DNA of 64,000 bases from an uncultured Verrucomicrobiae bacterium. Its GTDB lineage: Bacteria; Chlamydiota; Chlamydiia; Chlamydiales; Rhabdochlamydiaceae. Where the stretch lies: positions 672,001 to 736,000 of the forward strand of contig CAWDYW010000003.1 of the NCBI GenBank assembly GCA_963806855.1, in the 5' to 3' direction. The position numbers and the translations under genes were made by a program. Positions 17,775-27,951 of this stretch are shown one piece after another. The notes under the pieces are model-generated. The model did no database searches and was not told the DNA's origin. It worked only from the letters and a program-made list of their open reading frames with translations. Each line of letters begins with the position of its first letter. Position 1 is the stretch's first letter.

Positions 17775-19124
17775 GCTCCAGGATCGTCGTGCCTGCGGTT
17801 CTTTAGCAGCCAAATAGGCGACAACTTTGCGCCAAGTGGGACGATCTGATAGCACATCGATTCGATGGCCATCACTCTCTCGATCGGCAGGACTGTAGAC
17901 GACCTCGAATGTTTGAGCAGCGACTTTTTCGGCTGCGGCAACCACATGCTTGTGGGCATCCGGCCCTACGAGCCGATCGGTATCGGTGCTGACCACAATG
18001 ACACACCCCTTTTTTTCACATCCTTCGAGGGTTCCGAATTTCCTTAAGTTATCGAACCCATCCTCTTCGACGTGGGCTTCGATCGTCTCATCTCCCGATT
18101 TGATCCCATCGATGCCATATGCAGCGACAGAGGCTTGCTGCTTCAGCACGTTACTCATCGTGTCGAAGGGGTTTTGCATGAAGAGATTGACCCCTAAATG
18201 GTGATATTTCGTATAGAGATAAGTGGAGACAGCGGCCCCTTCGCAGAATCCATCAAGGATGATCTCATTTGGTTGATAGAGTTTTTGGGCTTTTTCAAAG
18301 GCAGCCTCAGCATCTAAATAGTAGCCGCCCTCCGATGGGATCCCCTCGTCGCTTTTCCATGTTCCCCGATAATCGAAACAGAGAACATCTTGGCCAAGGA
18401 AGACCCGGCGCATGATGTCCGCTTTTGACATTGGGAAGCTCTCTGTAGGTGAGTTACAGCGGACAAAGCACTGCCCCTCTTTTGGTCGCTTGGCATTTTT
18501 TTCATCCCAGTGATTGGTGATGAATCCCTGGACTGTTTTGCCATTTTCTAATACGATGCTCGCTTTTTCCAATTTGAAGTGTTGCAGAGTATCGTGGGTG
18601 AAATGATCCCATGCAGGGTTATCACCTTTTGGGATGATCATATCGACATAGTCAGTTGCGCCCGACCTACCGATCTTATAACCGCTTTCGGAAAAATTGA
18701 CAGGGACAGACTTTCGGATGATGCCCCCATTTTTTTCGATGGTCGCTTTGACATCTTGATAGCGGATGAGCATCGAATCGAGTTTCATCCCGTCTTTGGT
18801 CATCAAGGGCTTTCGCTGTCCGCCGATGTTGATTAAGACTTGGAAGCTCCGCTCGAGCCTCTCATCGGACCAGCGGGTATTGCCGAATAGGGCTGAAATT
18901 CCTCCCGAATAGACCTCAATAATTTTATTCCGAAACCAGCTCCGTTGCCATTCTCCAAAGGAAAATACGCCGATGCGGACACATGTCCCTAGGAAAAGTG
19001 AGAAGATATGGCTCACTTTTGAGAGAGTCCATGTAAGGGGAGTTAGGACGATTTTCGCTGGAACAAAGACGGGATGGTCCAAATAACCTTGTGTAGGCTG
19101 GACGACTTCATTTGTTTTGCTCAT
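17772..19124 (-). CDS. Alpha/beta-hydrolase-fold protein with GFCEG nucleophile elbow
   Basis: VLCFDYRGTWKS, GYYLDAEA, IILDGFCEGA, candidate Asp (DTDRLV) and His (DGH). Upstream promoter TTGACC-17-TAAAAT at 19155-19183. Confidence 0.75.
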   Translation of the reverse strand: MSKTNEVVQPTQGYLDHPVFVPAKIVLTPLTWTLSKVSHIFSLFLGTCVRIGVFSFGEWQRSWFRNKIIEVYSGGISALFGNTRWSDERLERSFQVLINIGGQRKPLMTKDGMKLDSMLIRYQDVKATIEKNGGIIRKSVPVNFSESGYKIGRSGATDYVDMIIPKGDNPAWDHFTHDTLQHFKLEKASIVLENGKTVQGFITNHWDEKNAKRPKEGQCFVRCNSPTESFPMSKADIMRRVFLGQDVLCFDYRGTWKSDEGIPSEGGYYLDAEAAFEKAQKLYQPNEIILDGFCEGAAVSTYLYTKYHHLGVNLFMQNPFDTMSNVLKQQASVAAYGIDGIKSGDETIEAHVEEDGFDNLRKFGTLEGCEKKGCVIVVSTDTDRLVGPDAHKHVVAAAEKVAAQTFEVVYSPADRESDGHRIDVLSDRPTWRKVVAYLAAKEPQARRSWS

Positions 19125-19231
19125 GATTCCTCAATGCAGAAATTAAATGAAAATATTTTACACCCCTTTGGGATATCGGTCAATATGCTACGAGGCTCTT
19201 AAAAGAATTGATTTCATGTCTATCGAAAAAG

Positions 19232-19260
19232 ATGGGGGGTGTATTCGATACACCCCCCAT
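19232..19260. terminator. Perfect 12-bp hairpin, likely terminator
   Basis: ATGGGGGGTGTA-TTCGA-TACACCCCCCAT, downstream of the 19297 ORF. Confidence 0.75.
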
Positions 19261-19296
19261 TTGGTTTATAGGGATTTGTGGGTAAAGGGATTATGA

Positions 19297-21638
19297 CTAC
19301 TTCCTTCCTTCTTCAGTCTCATCAAGAGTGGTATCTGCAAAGCCTCGAGGAGGATTTTTGCCAGTTGTTTCAGTTGGGCTTATGAAGATAGAGGGCTCTT
19401 GAGGGGCCCCTGCCTCGGCTCCTTTCACTTTGCTGCCGGGAGGAGGAGTTTCGGGGGCAAAGCTCGGTTGTCTGAATCCTGATTTATTGCCAGATTTTGG
19501 GGCATTATTGCTGTTGGCAACTGGCCCCCTAAAGGGAGAATCATTGTTCTGTTGTGGAGCTGCAAGCAAAGTTCTTATTTCTTGGATACGGGCATCCATT
19601 ACTAACAACAAATCACCAAAGATTTTTACAACAGAACCAGGCTTATATTCTCTACGGAGAAAGGTTTCTTCGACTATTTTTTTATGACGGAGGATTTCAT
19701 TTATTAGATCTTCTCCAGGGGTAAACGTAGCATAATCTGCGATAGATGCGTCGTAGGTGGCTATAGCGGATGGATTTTTCTCAAAAATTCATAGGGATGG
19801 AACGGCATGCGTTCCACTTTAGGAGCTTCGTCTCTCATTGGAGTAGCAGCCCCGGTAAGAGGGACAATTCTTCGTGCAGTAGTCTGCTCCACATTTCTAG
19901 GATTGGCTCGCTCCACTTGCCGCACAACATCATTGCTTTGCTGAGGTGCTGGTCTCCGTCTCACTATAACCTTAGGCTGTGCTGGTTCACTTTCTTGCTG
20001 AACGTTTTGAGATTGTGATTGCTGTGGTCCTCCTTGCTGAACGTTTTGAGGTGGTGGTTGCTGTGGTCCTCCTTGCTGAACGTTTTGAGGTGGTAGTTGC
20101 TGTTGTCCTCCTTGCTGAACGTTTTGAGGTGGTGGTTGCTGTGGTCCTCCTTGCTGAACGTTTTGAGGTGGCAGTTGCTGTTGTCCTTGCTGCGGAACGT
20201 TTTGAGGTGGTGGTTGCTGTTGTCCTCCTTGCTGAACGTTTTGAGGTGGTAGTTGCTGTTGTCCTTGCTGCGGAACGTTTTGAGGTGGTGGCTGCTGTTG
20301 TCCTCCTTGCTGAACGTTTTGAGGTGGTGGCTGCTGTTGTCCTCCTTGCTGAACGTTTTGAGGTGGTAGTTGCTGTTGTCCTTGCTGCGGAACGCCTTGA
20401 GGTTGTTGTTTAACTACCTTGGCGAGAATATATCCTCCGCCTGGTTGCGGTACGGCCACATAGTCATCATTAGCTGCTGGTTGTGGAGCTCCTTGAGGTT
20501 GAGGAACGGGTGCTCCCGGCTGTCCTACTGGAGGTTGTTGGCCGTTTGCTCCTTGCTGACCCTCTTGCTGCCCTGCTGGAGGTGGTGTTTGCTGATCTCC
20601 AGCCTTCTTCCTACCTTGTGGTGGTGTTTGCCAGCCGAGGTTGGGATCATATTCTGCGTCCGGCTTTTCTGTTGATTCAGCTTTAGATAATTCATTCGAA
20701 AGTTTATCTTTGAGCTCATCCAATTTATCTGCATGATCTCTTTTTAAATCATTATCGAATAATAAGTTCATATAAGCAAATTCGCGGATCTCCTCAATTA
20801 CATCTTTGGTTAGATATTTGCGGCAATCTGTTTTGTTGGCTTTAGGTCCAAACTCGGCATCCAGTTGATTTTTACTGGTATAGGCTAACCCCATAGAATA
20901 AAGATAGAAAGCTCCGAAGGCACATGCATAGTAAACGAGATTACCGGGAGACTCTGGAATGTATTCAGCACAGTATTGCCAGGCAAAATATCGCCCAGTC
21001 CATGTAAGACCGATCTGCGCTGCCCACTTTACTCCGAAACCAACGGAGTCACTCCAGGTGGGAGCTTTAGCTGAAGTTGGCAATTTTTTTATCAAAATAT
21101 CTTCGACTTCTTGGAAAAAGGCATTCACCTTTGTGTCTACATTGACACCACCTTTTTTCTTATCCTTTATTTCTTTCTTTTTTGCTTCAAGAGATTCTGT
21201 GAAAACCTTACAAGTTTTTAATTTGACTTCGATTTCCTTAAACGCTTCAGTATCTCTAATGCTAGCCGGTTTTCTGGTTACAAAGGATTGGACTCTTAAA
21301 GCAGCATGGCGAACGGCTTTTTCTAGACCCACAACCGGGGCGCATTCGGTTAGAAATTTTATTGTTTCTGCACCCCATTCCCCTTCTTTGGTATATTTAT
21401 GACCCCCAAGTTTTAGCGCTTGTAGAGTATTACACCATTTCTTTACGGATTCGGCAGTTTTATTAGCACTTTCTATTGTTTCATAAGGAAGGGCATCAAA
21501 TGTATGAAATCTATTGAGTGTAAAAGTGGTGAGACCTCCAAGAATTCCGCCTACTGCATTGGGCAATGATAAACTGAATAATCGGGGTGAAGGGCCGGGG
21601 TAAAGTGATGCGATTGAGAAGTATGTTAAAAATGACAT
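19297..21638 (-). CDS. Membrane-anchored Q/P-rich orphan protein split by a 1-nt frameshift near 19780
   Basis: ORF 19761-21638 (625 aa) plus a -1 frame open from ~19788 to 19297. Promoter TTGACA-17-TATCTT at 21702-21730. Confidence 0.7.
20001..20390 (-). repeat. 10 x 39-bp coding tandem repeat (QQGGQQQPPPQNV variants)
   Basis: Counted directly; 390 bp. Confidence 0.95.
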
Positions 21639-21733
21639 GGGAGACCTCGTAGTATGGTTTTTTAAGTTTCGTCGGTTTTCACTAAGAAAAAATTTACGAG
21701 AAAGATAAGCATTGGCTTTTTTCTTGTCAACCT

Positions 21734-21960
21734 AGATTTTCCGATATGGATTAGGAACCTATCCCGATAAAAAGTTTCGGTCGATTTTCAGGTTCTTTTG
21801 AGCCGATTTTCGATTCAAATTCGGGGGTTCATATGCGGGAGGCTGATATTAACCCCCGAATTTGAATTGAAAATAGGCCAAAATAATCCCGAAAATCGAC
21901 GAAAAATTTTATCGGGATAGGTTCGTGACTATGAAGAAGATGATTATTCCAGCAATTCTG
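21734..21960 (+). repeat. 227-bp direct repeat, copy 1 (palindromic element 21755-21924 plus the first 12 codons of the HlyD-family gene)
   Basis: Identical by eye to 23016-23242. Confidence 0.95.
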
Positions 21961-21980
21961 GTCCTTCCTTCGATCAAAGT

Positions 21981-22937
21981 CTAGTGTGGACCACGTAATT
22001 TGAGTCCTGCGAGGACCAAAAGTTTATCTTCGAGCCCAATCAAATCATCTTCATGAGCAGCTCTTAATTCATCATTGATTAATAGATGAGTCTTAGCGGC
22101 CGCGCAGATCTCTTTAATTGTCGTTCCGGTTAGATATTTGCGCAAATCTGGCTTTATCGATCTGAGGTGATGCTCATTATTCAGTTGATATCTACTATAA
22201 TAGGCTAATCCTTCAAAATAAAGATACACAGCTCCGAGGAAACATCCATAGTAAGCGAGATTACCAGGAGATTTTGGAATGTAATCAGCCCAGTATTGCC
22301 AGGCAACATATCGCCCAAGCCATGTAAGACCGATCTGTGTTCCCCACTGTACTCCGAAACCAATGGAGTCAATCCATGTAGGGGCTGGGGCTAGATCTGA
22401 AGCTCGCATTTCTCTTATCAAAATTCTCTCAACCTCATCAAAAAAGACATTCAGATGAGCTTTTACATTGTATCCGTTTCTATTCTGATATTTTTCTAGA
22501 AGTTCTGTATATATCCTTCCAGATTTTGTTGTGAGTTTGATTCGTTTAAACAAGTCGTTGTCTCTAATGTTAATTGGATTTACAAAAAAATGGACTTTTA
22601 AAGCAGCAAGGCGAGCAGCTCTTTCTAGAGCCACAATTGGAGTGGTCGAGAATGCATATTTTATTATTTCTGCACTGCATGCCCCTTCGCGTGTATATTT
22701 GTGGCGCCCAAACTTTAGCGTTTGTAGCGTATTACAGCCTTCCAATACGTTTCCGACAGCTTTTTTAGCGCATTTTATTGTTTCATCAGAAAGGGCCTCA
22801 GGTTTAGTAAATAGTTTGAGTCCAGAAGTGGTTAACCCTCCAACAATAGCCCCTATTGCGTTGGGTAGGGAATAACTGAAAACACGGGGTGAGGGGCCAG
22901 GGAAAAGTGATAGAGTAGAATAAATTCCTAATAACAT
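21981..22937 (-). CDS. Shorter paralog of the 21638 gene, lacking the Q/P tail
   Basis: Shared PGPSPR.FS.SLPNA.G, GLTW.GRY.AWQY and PGNL.YY motifs; same TTGACA-17-TATCTT promoter at 22982-23010. Confidence 0.85.
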   Translation of the reverse strand: MLLGIYSTLSLFPGPSPRVFSYSLPNAIGAIVGGLTTSGLKLFTKPEALSDETIKCAKKAVGNVLEGCNTLQTLKFGRHKYTREGACSAEIIKYAFSTTPIVALERAARLAALKVHFFVNPINIRDNDLFKRIKLTTKSGRIYTELLEKYQNRNGYNVKAHLNVFFDEVERILIREMRASDLAPAPTWIDSIGFGVQWGTQIGLTWLGRYVAWQYWADYIPKSPGNLAYYGCFLGAVYLYFEGLAYYSRYQLNNEHHLRSIKPDLRKYLTGTTIKEICAAAKTHLLINDELRAAHEDDLIGLEDKLLVLAGLKLRGPH

Positions 22938-23015
22938 AATGGTCCTTGCAGTTTTGATTTCATTACGAAAAATTACAGAGAAAGATACGTAATGGATTTT
23001 CACTTGTCAACATCA

Positions 23016-23242
23016 AGATTTTCCGATATGGATTAGGAACCTATCCCGATAAAAAGTTTCGGTCGATTTTCAGGTTCTTTTGAGCCGATTTTCGATTCAA
23101 ATTCGGGGGTTCATATGCGGGAGGCTGATATTAACCCCCGAATTTGAATTGAAAATAGGCCAAAATAATCCCGAAAATCGACGAAAAATTTTATCGGGAT
23201 AGGTTCGTGACTATGAAGAAGATGATTATTCCAGCAATTCTG
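23016..23242 (+). repeat. 227-bp direct repeat, copy 2 (palindromic element 23037-23206)
   Basis: GAACCTATCCCGATAAAAA...TTTTATCGGGATAGGTTC with inner stem TTCAAATTCGGGGGTT/AACCCCCGAATTTGAA. Confidence 0.95.
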
Positions 23243-24052
23243 ATCTTGTTGATTGCACTTGGAGCGGCACTTTTTTTCGCTTATAAGAAAGAGGTCAAAA
23301 CACATGAACTGGTCCTCTATGGCAATGTCGATGTGCGGCAAGTTGACATCGGTTTTCGTGTCGCTGGAAGGGTGGCAGAGCTGAAGTTTGAAGAGGGCGA
23401 TTGTGTCGAAAAAGGGGCGCTGATGGCAGTTCTAGATAGGTCTCCGTATGATAGTCAAATTTCTCAAGCGGAGGCCAATTTAGCTTCGATCAAGGTCAAT
23501 TTGGATAATGCGAACCTTGTCTTGAATCGACGTTGTCAGGCTGTTGGTTTTGGAGGGGTCTCTTGTGAAGATCTCGACAATGCGCAGGCGTCGAGCGCAC
23601 AGCTGATCGCCAATCTGAGCGCTGCTGAGGCGGCAGTTAAAATCGCGCTCGACAATATGAGCTACACGGAGGTGCGAGCGCCGACTGATGGGATAATTCT
23701 GTCGCGCATTCGGGAGCCGGGGACGGTGGTCAACCCTTCGGAGCCTGTCTATACTCTCTCGGTCACCTCTCCGGTCTGGATCCGCGCCTATGTCGACGAG
23801 ACAGATTTGGGCAAGATCTACTATGGGATGAAGGCTGAAATTCACACCGACAGCGGAAAGGTCTATCATGGGCAGATCGGCTTTATTTCGCCGGTCGCGG
23901 AGTTTACGCCGAAGACGGTCGAGACGGCGAAGTTGAGAACTGATCTTGTTTACCGCCTGCGGGTATATGCTGATAATCCTGACCACTTTTTAAAGCAGGG
24001 GATGCCTGTGACGGTGAAATTGCATCTCCAAAATGAGGAAAAATGTGAGTGA
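23213..24052 (+). CDS. HlyD-family periplasmic adaptor (YbhG-like)
   Basis: LYGNVDVRQV, GFISPVAEFTPKTVET and LKQGMPVTV motifs. Confidence 0.92.
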   Translation: MKKMIIPAILILLIALGAALFFAYKKEVKTHELVLYGNVDVRQVDIGFRVAGRVAELKFEEGDCVEKGALMAVLDRSPYDSQISQAEANLASIKVNLDNANLVLNRRCQAVGFGGVSCEDLDNAQASSAQLIANLSAAEAAVKIALDNMSYTEVRAPTDGIILSRIREPGTVVNPSEPVYTLSVTSPVWIRAYVDETDLGKIYYGMKAEIHTDSGKVYHGQIGFISPVAEFTPKTVETAKLRTDLVYRLRVYADNPDHFLKQGMPVTVKLHLQNEEKCE

Positions 24053-25721
24053 GTCCCTCGTCACGATTCAAGATCTCTCCAAGGTGTTTATCAAGGGAGA
24101 GGCTCCTGCGATCGACGGGATCAGTGCAGTCGTGCCAAAGGGACAGATTGTCGGTTTAGCGGGTCCCGATGGAGCTGGCAAGACGACGCTGATTCGGCTG
24201 ATCGCGGGGCTGCTGCTTCCAACCTCAGGAACTGTAGAGACGGCGAGGCCACTTGGCTACATGCCTCAAAAATTTGGGCTCTACGAAGATTTAACGGTCG
24301 GTCAAAATCTCAATCTCTATGCCGATTTGCAGGGCGTTCTCGGTGAAGAGCGAACGCTGGCTTTTAAAAAGCTGCTCGAATTTACCGATCTTGCGCCGTT
24401 TACCGAGCGGCTTGCTGGCGATTTATCGGGAGGAATGAAACAGAAGCTTGGCCTGGCCTGTGCGCTGATCAAAAAGCCGATTTTGCTCTTGCTCGATGAG
24501 CCGACGGTGGGGGTCGATCCCATTTCGCGGCGTGAGCTATGGAAAATGATTCAGGCGCTACTTCAGCAGGGGATTTCGATTTTGTGGAGCACCTCGTATT
24601 TGAATGAGGTGGAGGAGTGCGACAGCGCCCTTTTGATCAATGAGGGGAAGTTGCTCTACAATGGTTCGCCTCATGAGCTGACCGAGCGGGTCGAGGGACG
24701 GGTCTTTAAGGTCACCAACATCGTCGGCAATCATCGCAAGCTCCTTTTCGAGCTGCTCAATCAAAAAAATGTGCTCGATGGGGTGATCCAGGGCAGCGAT
24801 CTGCGGATCGTGACGCGTGAGCCGGGGACTCCTCAGTTTGCGATCGAAGCTTACAAATTTGAGATCGAGCCGCAAAAGCCCCGCTTTGAAGATGCCTTCA
24901 TGGATATTTTGGGAGGGGGGCCAGGAGGGAGTTCTAAGCTCGCCGACCTGCGCCCTCAAGTTGTCGAAAAGATCGAAACCCCAATAGAGGCAATAGCGCT
25001 GACGAAGAAATTTGGCGATTTCATTGCGGTCGACGACATCAGTTTTAAGATCAACAAAGGGGAGATTTTTGGACTACTTGGACCTAACGGAGCGGGAAAA
25101 TCGACCACTTTCAAGATGCTCTGCGGGCTGCTTCAACCGACAAGCGGCAAGGCACTGGTAGGTGGCCTCGATCTAGCGAGCGTTAGAGGAGAGGCGCGGA
25201 GGGAGATCGGCTACATGGCCCAAAAATTCTCTCTCTACAGTACTCTTTCGGTGAAGCAGAATCTTAGCTTTTTTGCGGGTATCTACAATCTCAAGAGGGC
25301 TGAAAAAGAGAAGGCGATTGGCGAGATGATCGAAATCTTCGGCCTCAAGCAATATCTCTCTACTAGCGCTGGGATGCTGCCACTCGGATATAAACAGCGT
25401 CTGTCGCTGGCCTGCGCCAATATGCATCGTCCTGCTGTGCTCTTTCTCGATGAGCCGACATCAGGGGTCGATCCAATTACAAGGCGGGAGTTTTGGAACC
25501 ACATCAATGGGCTAGTGGGCAAAGGGGTGACGGTGATGGTGTCGACTCACTTCATGGATGAGGCCGAATATTGCGACAGGATCGCCCTCGTTTATCGAGG
25601 AAAGGTGATCAAGATCGATACTCCAGATGCGCTAAAAGGGAGCGTCAAATCCACTGAGAATCCAAACCCGACGATGGAAGATGCCTTTGTCAATTTGATT
25701 GAGGCCTATGATAGAAGATAA
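24033..25721 (+). CDS. ABC transporter ATP-binding protein with two NBDs (YbhF-like)
   Basis: GPDGAGKTT/LSGGMKQK/LDEPT and GPNGAGKST/LDEPTSG motifs. Confidence 0.95.
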   Translation: MRKNVSESLVTIQDLSKVFIKGEAPAIDGISAVVPKGQIVGLAGPDGAGKTTLIRLIAGLLLPTSGTVETARPLGYMPQKFGLYEDLTVGQNLNLYADLQGVLGEERTLAFKKLLEFTDLAPFTERLAGDLSGGMKQKLGLACALIKKPILLLLDEPTVGVDPISRRELWKMIQALLQQGISILWSTSYLNEVEECDSALLINEGKLLYNGSPHELTERVEGRVFKVTNIVGNHRKLLFELLNQKNVLDGVIQGSDLRIVTREPGTPQFAIEAYKFEIEPQKPRFEDAFMDILGGGPGGSSKLADLRPQVVEKIETPIEAIALTKKFGDFIAVDDISFKINKGEIFGLLGPNGAGKSTTFKMLCGLLQPTSGKALVGGLDLASVRGEARREIGYMAQKFSLYSTLSVKQNLSFFAGIYNLKRAEKEKAIGEMIEIFGLKQYLSTSAGMLPLGYKQRLSLACANMHRPAVLFLDEPTSGVDPITRREFWNHINGLVGKGVTVMVSTHFMDEAEYCDRIALVYRGKVIKIDTPDALKGSVKSTENPNPTMEDAFVNLIEAYDRR

Positions 25722-26841
25722 ATTCAGTTGGCGCCGCCTTAAGGCTCTTCTCATCAAGGAAAGCTATCAGATCATCCGCGATCCAAGTTCGATTCTGATC
25801 AGCGTTTTTCTTCCGCTCCTTCTGCTGTTTTTATACGGCTATGGGGTATCGCTCGATTTAGACCATCTGCGGATCGGTTTGGTGATGGAGGACACGGCCC
25901 CAGATGCCCAGAGCTTGACCAAATCGTTTACCGATTCCCGCTATTTCGATGTGAAAATTTTCCGCGACCGGCGTGAAGTAAACGAAGATATCGTCGGAGG
26001 GAAAATCCGAGGCTTTGTGGTCATCCCATCCTACTTTTCCGATTTTCGCGGCCGAGAAGCGACCATCGCTCCGATTCAGGCTATTGCCGATGGGAGCGAA
26101 ACCAACACGGCAAACTTTTTCCAATACTACGTACAAGGAACATTTGCCAATTGGCTGCAGCAGGAGGGGATCAGCAGCAACTTAACTGGGTTGCCCCATA
26201 TCGATGTCCAGCCGCGGGTTTGGTACAATGAGGAGCTGGAGAGTCGTTACTTTTTGTTGTCGGGGTCCCTGGCGATTATCATGACGCTGATCGGCACACT
26301 GCTTACGGCTCTTGTCGTCTCTAAAGAATGGGAAAGGGGGACCATGGAGGCGCTCATCTCGACACCGCTCAAGACATCAGAGATTATCGCGGGGAAAGTG
26401 ATCCCCTATTTTTTGCTTGCGCTGGTCTCGATGACAATTTGCGTGCTGGCGTCTGTCTTTATCTTTGGGCTCCCTTTTCGGGGATCGCTGCTGTTGCTGC
26501 TCCTGGTCACGAGTGCCTTTTTGGTCAGCGCTCTGGGACTTGGACTGATGATCTCCACAGTATCTAAAAGTCAGGCGCTCTCCTACCAAATTGCCACGGT
26601 GACGGCCTTCTTCCCAGCCTTTATTCTCTCCGGATTTCTTTTCGAAATCTTCAGTATGCCCAAATGGATTCAATATTTGACCTATATCATTCCTGCCCGT
26701 TACTTCGTCCAATCGGTCCAAACACTTTTTCTCGTTGGCAATGTGTGGCCTTTAATAATCAGGAATATCATCCCGATGGTGGGGATCGGATTCATCTTTT
26801 TTACGATCGCCAAAATCAAAACCGTAAAACGACTGGAGTAA
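25708..26841 (+). CDS. ABC-2 permease (YbhS-like)
   Basis: EWERGTMEAL motif and multiple TM segments. Confidence 0.92.
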   Translation: MIEDKFSWRRLKALLIKESYQIIRDPSSILISVFLPLLLLFLYGYGVSLDLDHLRIGLVMEDTAPDAQSLTKSFTDSRYFDVKIFRDRREVNEDIVGGKIRGFVVIPSYFSDFRGREATIAPIQAIADGSETNTANFFQYYVQGTFANWLQQEGISSNLTGLPHIDVQPRVWYNEELESRYFLLSGSLAIIMTLIGTLLTALVVSKEWERGTMEALISTPLKTSEIIAGKVIPYFLLALVSMTICVLASVFIFGLPFRGSLLLLLLVTSAFLVSALGLGLMISTVSKSQALSYQIATVTAFFPAFILSGFLFEIFSMPKWIQYLTYIIPARYFVQSVQTLFLVGNVWPLIIRNIIPMVGIGFIFFTIAKIKTVKRLE

Positions 26842-26844
26842 ACT

Positions 26845-27951
26845 GTGTTTTCTAGAACTTTAGCGCTGATTTGGAAAGAGATTCTCGCCGTCATGAGGGA
26901 TCCCAAAAGCCGGATTTCGATCTTGGCCCCTCCGTGTATTTATATCTTGATTTTTGCTGAAGCTGCCACCCTCGATGTCAAAAATGTGCCGGTCGGCATC
27001 TTAAATCGGGACAATGGGGCGCAAGCCTTCGAGCTGGTGGAACGGTTTGAGGGGACCCCCTTCTTTAACCGGATCGTTTTTCTCAAAGGGGAAGAAGAGA
27101 TTGCCCCTTTCATCGACACCCAAAAAGGGATCATGGTGATCTCAATAGACGAAGAGTTTTCCCGCAATCTCAATGAAAATCTGCCAGCCCAGGTGCAACT
27201 GATTTTGGATGGGAGAAAGTCGAACACCGCACAAATCCTTTCCGGTTATGCGACAACTATCATCCAGCAGTACAATGCCGATTTCTCTGCAGAGGCGGGG
27301 ATCCCACAGCAAAATGTGGAGCTCTTTCCCCGTTTCTGGTATAACCCCAATGCCCTCTACGTTTGGTACAATATCCCTTCCCTTGTCTGTACCTTGACGA
27401 TGCTCGCCTGCCTCGTTGTCACCACCCAGTCGATCGCTCGAGAGCGGGAGCTGGGCACCTTCGATCAGCTGCTCGTCTCGCCCCTCACCACCCGGGAAAT
27501 GCTCATCGGCAAAACGGTCCCTGGCATTTTGGTCGGGATGTTAGAGGGGACTTTTCTCCTGGTGCTCGGAACGATCCTCTTTGATGTCCCCTTTAGAGGA
27601 TCCCTGGCCCTCTTTTTTCTTTCCCAGTTTGTCTTTGTGACCGCGATCAGCGGCTTCGGCCTCTTCATCTCCTCCCTTTGCTATACGCAGCAGCAGGCGA
27701 TGCTCGGGACCTTCATTTTCATGGTCCCCTCTGTCCTTCTCGCAGGCTTCGCTACCCCGATCGAAAACATGCCCAAGTGGCTGCAGCCCGTCAGCTACTT
27801 GATGCCGCTGCGCTATATGCTCGTCAATACCAAGGGAATATTTCTAAAAGAGATGCCGGCTTGGCTCGTTCTCCACAACACCTGGCCGATGGCACTTATC
27901 GGGGTCTTTACGCTCTCAATTGCAGGAATCTTCTTCCGTAGACTGCGATGA
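26845..27951 (+). CDS. ABC-2 permease (YbhR-like)
   Basis: ARERELGTFDQLLVSP and TPIENMP motifs. Confidence 0.92.
   Translation: MFSRTLALIWKEILAVMRDPKSRISILAPPCIYILIFAEAATLDVKNVPVGILNRDNGAQAFELVERFEGTPFFNRIVFLKGEEEIAPFIDTQKGIMVISIDEEFSRNLNENLPAQVQLILDGRKSNTAQILSGYATTIIQQYNADFSAEAGIPQQNVELFPRFWYNPNALYVWYNIPSLVCTLTMLACLVVTTQSIARERELGTFDQLLVSPLTTREMLIGKTVPGILVGMLEGTFLLVLGTILFDVPFRGSLALFFLSQFVFVTAISGFGLFISSLCYTQQQAMLGTFIFMVPSVLLAGFATPIENMPKWLQPVSYLMPLRYMLVNTKGIFLKEMPAWLVLHNTWPMALIGVFTLSIAGIFFRRLR

Noticed and set aside
20001..20390. Regular 39-bp repeats as a possible CRISPR array; plus-strand ORF 19979-20413
   Set aside because: There are no unique spacers, the repeats are in frame within a gene, and no cas genes are present. 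The plus-strand ORF is the antisense shadow of the repeat.
27916..27951. Convergent 3' overlaps (also 8825-8850, 47455-47515, 61184-61206) as an antisense control system
   Set aside because: Short tail-to-tail overlaps are common in compact genomes, and nothing else supports a regulatory role.
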